A stretch of DNA of 64,000 nt from Solirubrobacteraceae bacterium (GCA_034665005.1 JAXDGO010000048.1:38863-102862), one strand, 5' to 3'; counted from the stretch's first letter, positions 43,026-51,970 are shown. Notes: generated by a model not told the origin, from the sequence alone. Numbers and translations are program-made.

Positions 43026-43099
43026 GGTGGGCGTAGCTCAGTTGGTAGAGCTCCTGGTTGTGGTCCAGGCGGTCGGGGGTTCGAGTCCCCTCGCTCACC
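43026..43099 (+). tRNA. tRNA-His (GTG)
   Basis: G-1 plus GTGGGCG/CGCTCAC acceptor stem, CCTGG-TTGTGGT-CCAGG, GGTTCGAGTCC. Confidence 0.95.
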
Positions 43100-43451
43100 C
43101 CTCGTAGGCATAGTCGTCGGTCCCTACTCGAGTGCCTTTGGGTCATGTCGGTATAGACCGAGACCGGCCTGTGGCGGCCTGCAGTTTCTCGAAGATGTGC
43201 AAAGCACCCACGCGAGCACTCGTCGATATACCCGACTCAGAATGAGGAGTAGCGACAGCGGTCGCGGACACACGGGTGGCTGTGTGGGTTTGCACGCTCC
43301 GCCCCGCCTCGCAGTACGGACAAGGCCACCCGGCCTGCACGTTTCGGTGCGGACTCGGCGTAGGTTGGCGTAGAGATAGCTACAGGGAGAGAGGGACGGG
43401 AACTGCGGCTCGGCGGAGGCTTATGGATGGGGTCGGTTTGAAAGAGGGCCC

Positions 43452-43480
43452 TTGACCTGTTATGAAATCGGTGTTATATT
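43452..43480 (+). promoter_or_regulatory. near-consensus sigma70 promoter, leaderless transcript
   Basis: TTGACC-N17-TATATT with extended TG, 6 nt before ATG 43487; TGTTAT repeated at 43458 and 43472. Confidence 0.75.
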
Positions 43481-43486
43481 TTCGCC

Positions 43487-44080
43487 ATGATCTCAGATCC
43501 GCAGCTAATCGACGTCGTCCAGCCTGTCGTCGCAGCACTCCTCGATTTCGACGCCCGCGCTCTCGCCCAAGTGGCTGCGCGGCGTGACGTCTATGCAAAT
43601 ATGGACGCGCAGCCGGCCGCCACCGCGATGGCGTTGGAGCGCCGAGCGGTAGTTGCGACTCAGCTGCGCAAGGAGATCGCACCAGGTTGTGGCTGGGAGT
43701 TGATCACGGAGCACTTGGAGTCGGGGGCCTACGAATGGCTCGCTGGAAAAACCCTCGTGCGCCTCTCCAAGACCAACCGGGAGTCTCGCCTTGAGGACGT
43801 GAGGGCGTCACTGGGGCTCCAGGGCGTCCAGGACACTCTTTTCGACACGGCAGCTCAGGCGGGCGGACCGCGAGACGAGATCCTAATCCGCCTGATGGGG
43901 AACGCGCTGCACGGCGCGAGCGTGGACGCCGTAGCGCTCGGCGCCCGTGGTCAACTAGGAACGCCGATCCCGCTGCGGACGATTGCGGAGATGCAGGTCC
44001 AGCGTGTCGTACCCGCCACCGCACCAAAACCACGCATCACGGTGCCCGGCCTAGGCCGCACCGAAGACAGCTCCGGATAA
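43487..44080 (+). CDS. hypothetical protein co-transcribed with XRE-ImmA
   Basis: 197 aa, 4 nt upstream of the next gene; contains QDTLF. Confidence 0.75.
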   Translation: MISDPQLIDVVQPVVAALLDFDARALAQVAARRDVYANMDAQPAATAMALERRAVVATQLRKEIAPGCGWELITEHLESGAYEWLAGKTLVRLSKTNRESRLEDVRASLGLQGVQDTLFDTAAQAGGPRDEILIRLMGNALHGASVDAVALGARGQLGTPIPLRTIAEMQVQRVVPATAPKPRITVPGLGRTEDSSG

Positions 44081-44084
44081 CGTC

Positions 44085-45179
44085 ATGCAACCGGACTTCA
44101 ACCCTTACGCCGTGACGCTCGCACGGCGCGCTAAGGGATTCTCGCAAGCCAAACTCGCAGAACGTGTCGGGGTCTCGCAGGCAGCCGTCTCGCACTGGGA
44201 GAAGGGCACGCGCATTCCTGAGGGCGATCTCGTCGAGCGAATAGCGGGCGCCCTCGACGTGCTCCCGCTCACCCTGGTTGACAGTTCGGTTGCGACGACG
44301 ACCCCGATGTTCCGCGCGTCTGGCGTCAAGAAAAAGGGTGACGAGTACCGCATCGAAGGACGGACGGAGCTTGCGCGCCTGGCGGCTTCCCGCATCCTCA
44401 GCGCGGTCGATGTCGAACCCAGCATTAGCTGGCCGTCGGTGGAGGATCCGCTTGGCTACAACCCCGAGGAAGCGGCTGCGACGCTGCGCCGCGTGTGGCG
44501 CATTCCGGCTGGCCCCATCCCTGATCTCACTCGGTTTGTTGAGTCGGCCGGCGCGATTGTGCTGCGTGCGGATTTTGGACACCCCAAGGTTGAAGCGGCC
44601 TACGCTCACCCGAGGCGAGACGCGAGGCGCTGGATACTCGTCAACACGTACGTCACTGACTGGGCGCGCTCGCGACTGACTTTGGCACACGAGCTAGGCC
44701 ACGCGATGCTCCACCATTGGGACGCGTTCAGCGTGCCGGACGAGCGCCACCGCGAGGCGGAGGCATACTCGTTTGCGCTGGCCCTGATGGTCCCTGCCAC
44801 GGATTTCACGCGCGATGTCGTGCACACCAAACGGCGGTGGGAGGACTTCCTTCGTCTGCGTCAGCGGTGGGGCATCTCAGCTGCGGCACTCGCCCGTCGC
44901 GCGCGTGATCTGAGTCTGCTCAGCGACGCCGCTTATAGGTCACTGAATATCACTCGCCAGTCCTTGGGACACCGGACACACGAGCCCGGCGACGATCAGG
45001 GCCCGGAGCAGCCCACGGTGTTCGCGGACGCGATCGGACTGCTCCGGGAGGCGAACTGGACCGAAGAGACCTTTAGCGAGGTAGCCGGGCTCCCGTACTC
45101 TCGCCTGACTGATCTTCTGCCTATCGACTTCCCCGGAGTAGCTGAGCCGAGCCGCGTCACGCTGCGCCGGATCAAGTAG
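44085..45179 (+). CDS. XRE-HTH plus ImmA/IrrE (COG2856) metallopeptidase fusion
   Basis: SQAKLAERVGVSQAAVSHWEKG HTH; TLAHELGH zinc motif; EAEAYSFA. Confidence 0.92.
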   Translation: MQPDFNPYAVTLARRAKGFSQAKLAERVGVSQAAVSHWEKGTRIPEGDLVERIAGALDVLPLTLVDSSVATTTPMFRASGVKKKGDEYRIEGRTELARLAASRILSAVDVEPSISWPSVEDPLGYNPEEAAATLRRVWRIPAGPIPDLTRFVESAGAIVLRADFGHPKVEAAYAHPRRDARRWILVNTYVTDWARSRLTLAHELGHAMLHHWDAFSVPDERHREAEAYSFALALMVPATDFTRDVVHTKRRWEDFLRLRQRWGISAAALARRARDLSLLSDAAYRSLNITRQSLGHRTHEPGDDQGPEQPTVFADAIGLLREANWTEETFSEVAGLPYSRLTDLLPIDFPGVAEPSRVTLRRIK

Positions 45180-45312
45180 AAGTCCTAGCGATACCCACGC
45201 GGGCAACACTGTCGGCGCCGCCGCGGGGATACCTGGATGCCAACGCTCGATAAGTGCCCTTATGCGCCGAAAGCCGCTCCACACATTCGCCCGGTAGAAC
45301 CGTCCAGACAGG

Positions 45313-45437
45313 CAAAAATGGTGGGAGGCCCGCTCTTGCGAGCGGACCTCCCGAATCCTCGTACCGCACGCCGCATCTGAGACGCTGGTTCGTCGGCGCT
45401 TCGTCTAGCCGGAGGATCGCATCCAAAGGCCAGCCGC
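45313..45437 (-). ncRNA. putative structured small RNA divergent from the DUF3800-like gene
   Basis: extended -10 TGnTACGAT (hexamer 45445-45450, minus strand), several stems, terminal 13-bp GCAA hairpin plus ACCAUUUUU. Confidence 0.5.
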
Positions 45438-45485
45438 ATTCAAAATCGTAGCACCGGTTCGGGTCGCCGTATGCTCGTTGGCTCC

Positions 45486-46352
45486 ATGACCGTCCTGTCT
45501 CAAACTCACCCGACCGGGCTCGTCTTTGTCGACGAGACGAGTGATGACCTCTACTTCGGAATAGGTTGCCTCAAGTTGCGTGACCCGCACGCCGTGCTCA
45601 CAGCGTTCGCAGAGCTCCGGTCGGAGAACAGGTTCCAAGGAAAGCTGCGCTGGGCTGATCTCAGCGGCTATTCCGCACCACGCAAGCAACTTGTTCGAGA
45701 TACGGTGCTTATGCTTGCCCGCGACCCAGCGGTGGAGTTCAACTGCGTCCTCACGGATCTACGACGGGTTGGCGGCCTACGGAGTTACGGTTCGGGAGCG
45801 AGCGCTTACATTCAGCTCGCGACTCAAGCGATTGCCACCTGCGTCGCCGATCCGGCCGAGCTGATCGCTGTTATCGCAGACCAGTTCGACACAGCAGTTG
45901 GAACGGAGCTCGAGTCCAAGATCGTCAGAGCTGCGAACGACAGGAAGAAGCGACTTGGCGCTGTGACCATGCAACGTGTGGCATCCGCAGGGACCGATGG
46001 TCTACAACTCGCTGATCTTGTCCTCGGAGCCATCACGTACGTGTTTCGGAGCGCGACGAAACCAGAGTCAGACAGCGGCAAGAGAGACATAGCGATGGCG
46101 CTTATGACCGACGGCTACGGACTTACGGCCTATCACGACAGCTCTGGAGGACGAAGTATTCCGGGACGCTTGACCGTTGAGCTACTGCCACGGCGTGCCC
46201 GGTCTCGTCCGCGGGGGGCCGAAGGCCTCGTCCGTAGTCGGCGTCTAATGGTTACGGTGATGCGCCCGCCTCCGTTCGGGCCTGTCCGACCGTGCCCCCG
46301 GCCACCGCGGCACGCGATACGCGACGGGCAGGGCTGGTCGCCAGGTGCATGA
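45486..46352 (+). CDS. DUF3800-like protein (predicted RNase H fold)
   Basis: VFVDETS, VIAD and DGLQLADLVLGAI motifs; TATGCT -10 at 45470 favours ATG 45486 (track start 45471); C-terminal tail suspicious. Confidence 0.78.
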   Translation: MTVLSQTHPTGLVFVDETSDDLYFGIGCLKLRDPHAVLTAFAELRSENRFQGKLRWADLSGYSAPRKQLVRDTVLMLARDPAVEFNCVLTDLRRVGGLRSYGSGASAYIQLATQAIATCVADPAELIAVIADQFDTAVGTELESKIVRAANDRKKRLGAVTMQRVASAGTDGLQLADLVLGAITYVFRSATKPESDSGKRDIAMALMTDGYGLTAYHDSSGGRSIPGRLTVELLPRRARSRPRGAEGLVRSRRLMVTVMRPPPFGPVRPCPRPPRHAIRDGQGWSPGA

Positions 46353-46594
46353 GACGGGGCGCCCGACTCGGTGCGCGTTTTAGTTCACTCGGCCGAGGGG
46401 TAGAAGTCGTGCGCGCTGAGGGCGAAGAGCATCGCCTCTGCGTCTGTTTGTGCCGTAGTCAATCGGCCGGCCCCCCGACCCGATTCGCTCCGGAGGTGCC
46501 GACAGGCCCGGGGATCCACCGTCGTCGCGGAAGCACTCTAGGTCGTCGAGCAATCGCGCGACGCGCAGGTCGCGCGCCACGTACTCTCCGAGGC

Positions 46595-48280
46595 ATGAAG
46601 CTCTCGAGCAATGATCGACCGCTCCGCCGAATCCTCGCCGAGACGTTCTTCGTGGTCCCGCGATATCAAAGGCCTTACTCATGGAGCCGCGAGAACGTTG
46701 AAGACCTTTGGGATGACGCAATTCAAGAGCGAGAGGGCGACTACTTCATCGGGTCCATGGTCGTCCATCCCGTATCGAAGACGAGCGATACGGTCGCCGT
46801 CGTAGACGGTCAACAGCGGGTCACGACCCTTCTGATGTTCCTATGTGCCGTGCGAGATGAGGCGGATGAGCAGGGCCTAGCGACGTTCGCCAATGGAACG
46901 CACAACCTCGTAGAGAGGAAAGATGCCGAGGACCAGCTTCGCTCGGTCCTCCACAGTGAGACGGCGCACCCATATCTCCAAGACCTTGTCTTCAACCGGG
47001 GCGAAGCCGAGCTGGGACCCCCTGAGGGTGAGGAGGAGGAGGCGATCCATGCCGCATTCAAACTCGCGCGACGATACGTACAACGAATTGTCACAGCGGT
47101 CGAAACCAACCCAAAAGTCAAGGAAGAGCAGCGGCCGGCGCGGATAGAGGCCGAACTACGCGACGTGCGCGAGCAGGTGCTGGGTCTTCAGGTGGTCTTC
47201 GTAGAGACCGGCAGTCAAGACGACGCAACGACCGTCTTTGTCACCCTCAACTCTCGCGGCAAGGATCTTGAGCCGGCCGACCTAGTCAAGGCGCATCTAC
47301 TGTCGCAGCTTCCGAAGAAAGGTAGCCTCGATCGACCCTTGGAGCGTTGGCAGAAGATTGTAGACCTGTTCGACGCGAGCGAAAACCGCCCCGACATGAG
47401 TGACTTTCTGCTTGCGGTGTGGCGGTCCCGATACGGAATTGCGACTGCCAAGTCACTCGATAAGGCCGTACGGAAGAAGATCAGGAAACCGAATGCCGAC
47501 ACCTTTCTCACGGGACTGACGGAAGACGCGGTCCTGTTCAGAGCCATCGTCGAGCCGGGCTATCGAAAATGGGGTCAGCACGGCGAGCTGGCTGACTCCC
47601 TCCGCTTCCTTCTGTCATTCGGAATCCGTCAACCGAGGCCCATGCTGTTGTCCTTGCTACGTGCCTACACAGCGAAAGACATCACCGTGCCGCAACTCAG
47701 ACGAGCGTTGCGTGCGATTGAGAACTATCACTTTACTTTCAATGTCCTAGCGGGGCGTAGCTCGACTGGCGGGATGTCCGCTCTCTACGCGTCACGAGCG
47801 CTCAAGCTCACAGAGGCGAGCGATAAGAATCAGCGAGCCGCCGTCCTCGATGACTTCATCGCAGACCTCGACGGAAAACGCCCAACGGACGAAGAGTTCG
47901 ACGCTGCCTTCGCGGCGCTTGAGTTTACAGAAGACTTCACTGCCGACAAGCGCAAGATTCAATACGTACTGCGACGCTTCTATGAATTCGAAGCCGGCTC
48001 AATGCCTGTCAATTACCAGAAGATGACGATTGAGCATCTTGTCCCCCAGAACAAGGGCGGGGAGCGAGTCGGAGAGCTTGGGAATCTAATTTACGTTTCT
48101 GAGACGCTTAACAAAAAGCTCGACGACAAGTCGTTCTCTGCGAAGAAGAAGCTTCTGAAGGAGGCTAAAGCGGAGTGGATACCGTCAGATGTCGTGGGAG
48201 CCGTCGAATGGGGCGAAGACGAGATCGAGAAGCGGACGGCGTCGATGGCCGAGCTTGGCCGCAACAAGGTCTGGTCCTGA
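46595..48280 (+). CDS. GmrSD-type (DUF262 + DUF1524 HNH) restriction nuclease
   Basis: VPRYQRPYSW, VDGQQR, FVTLNSRGK; TIEHLVPQ...LGNL...LN; start re-called to ATG 46595. Confidence 0.9.
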   Translation: MKLSSNDRPLRRILAETFFVVPRYQRPYSWSRENVEDLWDDAIQEREGDYFIGSMVVHPVSKTSDTVAVVDGQQRVTTLLMFLCAVRDEADEQGLATFANGTHNLVERKDAEDQLRSVLHSETAHPYLQDLVFNRGEAELGPPEGEEEEAIHAAFKLARRYVQRIVTAVETNPKVKEEQRPARIEAELRDVREQVLGLQVVFVETGSQDDATTVFVTLNSRGKDLEPADLVKAHLLSQLPKKGSLDRPLERWQKIVDLFDASENRPDMSDFLLAVWRSRYGIATAKSLDKAVRKKIRKPNADTFLTGLTEDAVLFRAIVEPGYRKWGQHGELADSLRFLLSFGIRQPRPMLLSLLRAYTAKDITVPQLRRALRAIENYHFTFNVLAGRSSTGGMSALYASRALKLTEASDKNQRAAVLDDFIADLDGKRPTDEEFDAAFAALEFTEDFTADKRKIQYVLRRFYEFEAGSMPVNYQKMTIEHLVPQNKGGERVGELGNLIYVSETLNKKLDDKSFSAKKKLLKEAKAEWIPSDVVGAVEWGEDEIEKRTASMAELGRNKVWS

Positions 48281-48546
48281 AGGCGATACGCGCCGACGAG
48301 GTCCGGAGTTGCCGCGCGTCGCCTCGGATGCGGTTCCTCAGGCGAAGGTGTCACGCCCTTCCGTTTACGGAGCACGCGGCGATCATAAGCCCAGCAGACG
48401 GATCGCTCGGCCATCGCTAACGGGTGAGAACGGTCAGAGCGACGTGCGTCGGTCGACATACTCGCCGGTCGTTGCGAGCTTCCATGCCCGCGTTCCGTGC
48501 GCCGTCGGCTAGGTTGGGCCCCTGCCGGCCTGCGTCGCTGCCGCCT

Positions 48547-48984
48547 ATGCCACGGGATCTGCCACGACCACCGCCTCCGTCTTCTCCTGCTGTTCGGGCC
48601 GTCATGAAGGCCAATCGGTCTGTTGACACGGGCCCTGAGCGCGCGCTTCGCTCGGAGCTACACCGACGCGGCTATCGGTTTCGCAAGGGGAAGGCACCGG
48701 TGTTGGGTGTCCGCTGCCGTGCGGACCTCGTGTTCTCGCGAGAGCGCGTCGCGGTGTTTGTCGATGGCTGCTTTTGGCACCGGTGCGCCGACCACGGAAC
48801 TCGACCGCGGACCAACAGCGTCTACTGGCAGGCGAAGCTCGACCGCAATGTCGAGCGCGACAGGCGGAACGACGCGGACCTTTCAGCGGCAGGCTGGACC
48901 GTCGTGCGCGTGTGGGAGCACGAGTCCGTCAGCCCCGCGGCCGATCGTGTCGCGAGAGTCCTGGACTTGAAGGCCGTCGCGTAG
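48547..48984 (+). CDS. vsr: very-short-patch repair endonuclease
   Basis: MKANRSVDTGPE, AVFVDGCFWH, YWQAKLDRNVERDRRND and VRVWEHE motifs. Confidence 0.93.
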   Translation: MPRDLPRPPPPSSPAVRAVMKANRSVDTGPERALRSELHRRGYRFRKGKAPVLGVRCRADLVFSRERVAVFVDGCFWHRCADHGTRPRTNSVYWQAKLDRNVERDRRNDADLSAAGWTVVRVWEHESVSPAADRVARVLDLKAVA

Positions 48985-49050
48985 GAGCTGTGCACGGACA
49001 AGTCGCTGGGGTAGTGGTGTGTGCGCCGGCGGGACCGGGATGATTTGGCG

Positions 49051-50223
49051 ATGAGCGATGAGCAGCTCGCTGGCCGGGCGTACGCCCGGGTCTACCGCAC
49101 CAAGGACAAGCAGGACGTTCACGACTGGCTGCTCGGGACGGTCAAGGCGGCCGGCGGCGAGGTCGTGTACGCGAGCGTCCACACACGTGCGCCGACGTTC
49201 TTGGGGATCGAGGTGGGCGAGGAGCGAATTGGTGTGCTCGCCTACGTCTTTAGGGTCACTCGCGTGCTCACTGAAAACCGTCCGGCTGACGAGGCGCGGC
49301 TTCAGGTCCGCTACGGCGGCGAAGGGACGTGGCACACGCAGGAGCACCCTTTGGGTCGCGACGTGGCGGGCGTCGACGTCACGATCGTGATCGGCATCGA
49401 TCTGGAGCACGATGTCATCCTGGGCCTCGACCCGCTGCTCTATGACCCGTTGCCGATGGGGATCTCGGTGGAGCTCAAGGACGAGCACGTTGCCGACATC
49501 CAGCGCGACAGTTGGGCGGTCTGGGAGCGCAAAAAACACAAGGGACGGGTCAGGGACCAGCGTGCGATGGAGGGTCTTGAGACGGTCATCGGTTTTGCCC
49601 CGGAGCGGCTGATCGACTATGTCCGCTTCGAGCGGCAGGCCGACGCGCTCGCCCTTGAGCCGCCGCTTCGCTTCTCAGCCGGTCAGGCCGCGGCCGACCG
49701 GGCCTCTCAACGTGACGGCGCCCGCCACATGCTCGAGCGCCAGTTCGCCCTCAAGAGCAGCGAGATTCTCGACATCGTCGAGCGTCGCGGTCGATTGTCC
49801 ATGGCGGTCCGCGGGGGTGTCGCGGAGCACCATCTCGAGCGGTCACTGAAGCGCGAGTCGCTCGTGGCGGAGGTCGAGCCGGTCGATCGTGACGGCGGTG
49901 ACTTCGTTGTTCGGCTGGTTGAAGGTCGTGAACTCAGTGTTGAGTGCAAGAACGCGAGCCCGAACCGGTACAGCAACGGGGATTTCCGTGTCGAGGTGCA
50001 GAAGACGCGAGCTTCCAAGGGGGACCCGGAAAGCCGCTACTACCGACGCGACCAGTTCGATGCGGTCGCAGCGTGTCTGTTCTCGCCGACGGGGTCCTGG
50101 GAGTTCCGCTACCAGCTCGCTGAGCGACTTGCCGCTCACAAGGAGTTCCCGACGCGCCTGGCGGCACTTCAACGAGTCGATGACAGCTGGGCGCTGAGCC
50201 TCGGCGGACTCGTTTCTGGGTAG
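49051..50223 (+). CDS. putative two-domain restriction endonuclease with C-terminal PD-(D/E)xK domain
   Basis: GVAEHHL...GDFVV...VECKN; lies between vsr and the C5 methyltransferase. Confidence 0.65.
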   Translation: MSDEQLAGRAYARVYRTKDKQDVHDWLLGTVKAAGGEVVYASVHTRAPTFLGIEVGEERIGVLAYVFRVTRVLTENRPADEARLQVRYGGEGTWHTQEHPLGRDVAGVDVTIVIGIDLEHDVILGLDPLLYDPLPMGISVELKDEHVADIQRDSWAVWERKKHKGRVRDQRAMEGLETVIGFAPERLIDYVRFERQADALALEPPLRFSAGQAAADRASQRDGARHMLERQFALKSSEILDIVERRGRLSMAVRGGVAEHHLERSLKRESLVAEVEPVDRDGGDFVVRLVEGRELSVECKNASPNRYSNGDFRVEVQKTRASKGDPESRYYRRDQFDAVAACLFSPTGSWEFRYQLAERLAAHKEFPTRLAALQRVDDSWALSLGGLVSG

Positions 50224-50234
50224 CGCTCGGTGGG

Positions 50235-51362
50235 TCAGGCCGCGAGGGCGAGTGGGGAGCCGGCGCCACGTCGCGCTAGCTCATCGGCGACTGCACGGAT
50301 TACGGCCTCAGCGAACCGCGGCGGGACTGCGTTGCCGAGCTGGAGCTGCTGCTCCCGCCGGCTCCCCAGCACCGCGAAGTTATCGGGGAATGTCATTAGC
50401 CGCTTGAGCTCAGCCACTCGTAGTCTGCGGGAGGTCCAGTGGAATGGGCCGACCCATGGTCCTGGCTGTCCTTGGATAGTCGGCGAGGGGCGTTGGGGGT
50501 CGAGCTTGAGCAGGAAGCTCCAATAGCGCGAGCGCCACTCGAACCGCGGCGCCGGATGGCCCCGCTCTGCAGTCCAGAAGAGGTAGTTCTCTCCTGGAGG
50601 CACCTCGCGCAGCTCCTCGGCGTAGGTGCCCGAGACATGCTCCTCGGGCTCGGCGGGGTTCTTGCGTAGGCCGCGCAGCGCGACGCCGGATGTGACGTGT
50701 GGTGGGAGTGACTCGTCCCAGACGGTCTTGGTCTCGTGAGGCCCGGAGTGCGTGGGTGAGGGCCAGCTCATCTGCCAGCGATCGACCGGCACGTCAAGAA
50801 GATCCGCCCGTAGCCCGACACAAAGCATGCGCTGCCTGAGCTGAGGCACGCCGAAGTCGGCGGCCAAAAGGATTCGGAACTCGGCCGCGTATCCAGCGGT
50901 GCGAACGCCTTCGAGGAACCTCTTGAGGACGGGGCGGTTCTGGTTTCGGTAGGCGAGGCCGTACACGTTCTCCATGACGAACGCTCTCGGCTGCACCCCG
51001 TCAAGGAGCCGCACGTACTCATCGAGCAGGCTCGCGCGTGGGTCTGAGCCGGAGCGCTTGTACTCCAGCCAGTTGCCGCTCTTGGAGAAGGGGGTGCAGG
51101 GCGGGCCACCGACCATGAGAGCCGCCTCGCCGGCGCGGAGTCCGGCGCGCTCGAGCAGCAGCTCAGGGCTCAGCGAGATCACGTCGTCGAGCAGCCTGGT
51201 CTCGTCAAGCTCAGGGAAGTGCTTCGGCGCGTTTGCGAGCATCGTCTCGCGCGCGACCGCGTCGGACTCGACTGCCGCCTGAATCTTGAAGCTCGCTGCC
51301 TCTGCGCCTAGGTCCAGCCCACCCGCGCCTGAGAACAGAGAGATAGCGCTCATCTCGCTCAT
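50235..51362 (-). CDS. DNA (cytosine-5)-methyltransferase
   Basis: SLFSGAGG, GGPPCTPFS, MENV, PQLRQR and QLGNAVPP motifs. Confidence 0.95.
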   Translation of the reverse strand: MSEMSAISLFSGAGGLDLGAEAASFKIQAAVESDAVARETMLANAPKHFPELDETRLLDDVISLSPELLLERAGLRAGEAALMVGGPPCTPFSKSGNWLEYKRSGSDPRASLLDEYVRLLDGVQPRAFVMENVYGLAYRNQNRPVLKRFLEGVRTAGYAAEFRILLAADFGVPQLRQRMLCVGLRADLLDVPVDRWQMSWPSPTHSGPHETKTVWDESLPPHVTSGVALRGLRKNPAEPEEHVSGTYAEELREVPPGENYLFWTAERGHPAPRFEWRSRYWSFLLKLDPQRPSPTIQGQPGPWVGPFHWTSRRLRVAELKRLMTFPDNFAVLGSRREQQLQLGNAVPPRFAEAVIRAVADELARRGAGSPLALAA

Positions 51363-51519
51363 GGACCGCTCAACGTACCGGCCTATCCCGACGGTACTCT
51401 CGCGCCGGCTGGACCGGTCCCGTCATTGCTTTCCGCTCGTTTCAAGCTCGGGACGAAGCAAGGATGGCCCGCTCTCCGAGATGGCCGCCCTGGTGGGACC
51501 GCAAAGCCACGGTGCGGCT

Positions 51520-51700
51520 CGACGTGCCGGTCCTTCGGCGCTCCGCCGTCCGGGAGAAAGGGCTGCAGGGCCTCTGGCGTGGGCTCTGGCTCGGGGGGCA
51601 TGGCGTGAGGCTGCGCGAGAGGGTCGATCCGGGAGACGTGTTGGCGAGCCCACGCCAGCCACTGCGCGGTCTCCGGCCGGTCGGCATATGAGAAGCGGCT
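51520..51700 (-). pseudogene. C-terminal remnant of a hypothetical gene
   Basis: protein-like QWLAWARQHVSRIDPL...MPPEPEPTPEALQPFL with no credible N-terminus. Confidence 0.45.
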
Positions 51701-51970
51701 GACGCGCCGAAGCCCTAGCCCCGACGTCTTGTGATTGAGCGCTCCCTCGCTGCCCGTGAAGTGCCGCCCTTGCTCTCCCGGGCATGCTTGCCGGGCGCTC
51801 CGCGCCGACAGCAGCATCGACAGGCGGCGGGCCGGGTCGTCACCGGCGTCGCCTCCCTCAATGCCGCCCTCTGGGCTGGGTCGCCGCGAGCATTGGCGCT
51901 GACTGTAAATTGGCTGGGCGCCAAACTGGCGCAATCTGCGGCGGTCACCAGGACCGCGAACCGCCGCGAG

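Larger units (their letters stand above)
43100..51720. mobile_element. tRNA-His-associated defence island (no integrase seen)
   Basis: abrupt rise in A/T-ending codons after tRNA-His; restriction/defence gene content; gene remnant at the right edge; right boundary approximate. Confidence 0.65.

Noticed and set aside
43143-43340. 65-aa minus-strand ORF with CPYC
   Set aside because: No start context or recognisable family; likely spurious.
46277-46510. 10-bp inverted match CGGGCCTGTC/GACAGGCCCG as possible MITE ends
   Set aside because: No target-site duplication or extended terminal repeats; plausible by chance.
51735-51756. Possible attR copy of the tRNA-His 3' end
   Set aside because: Only CCCTCGCT (8 bp) matches, too short to support an att site.
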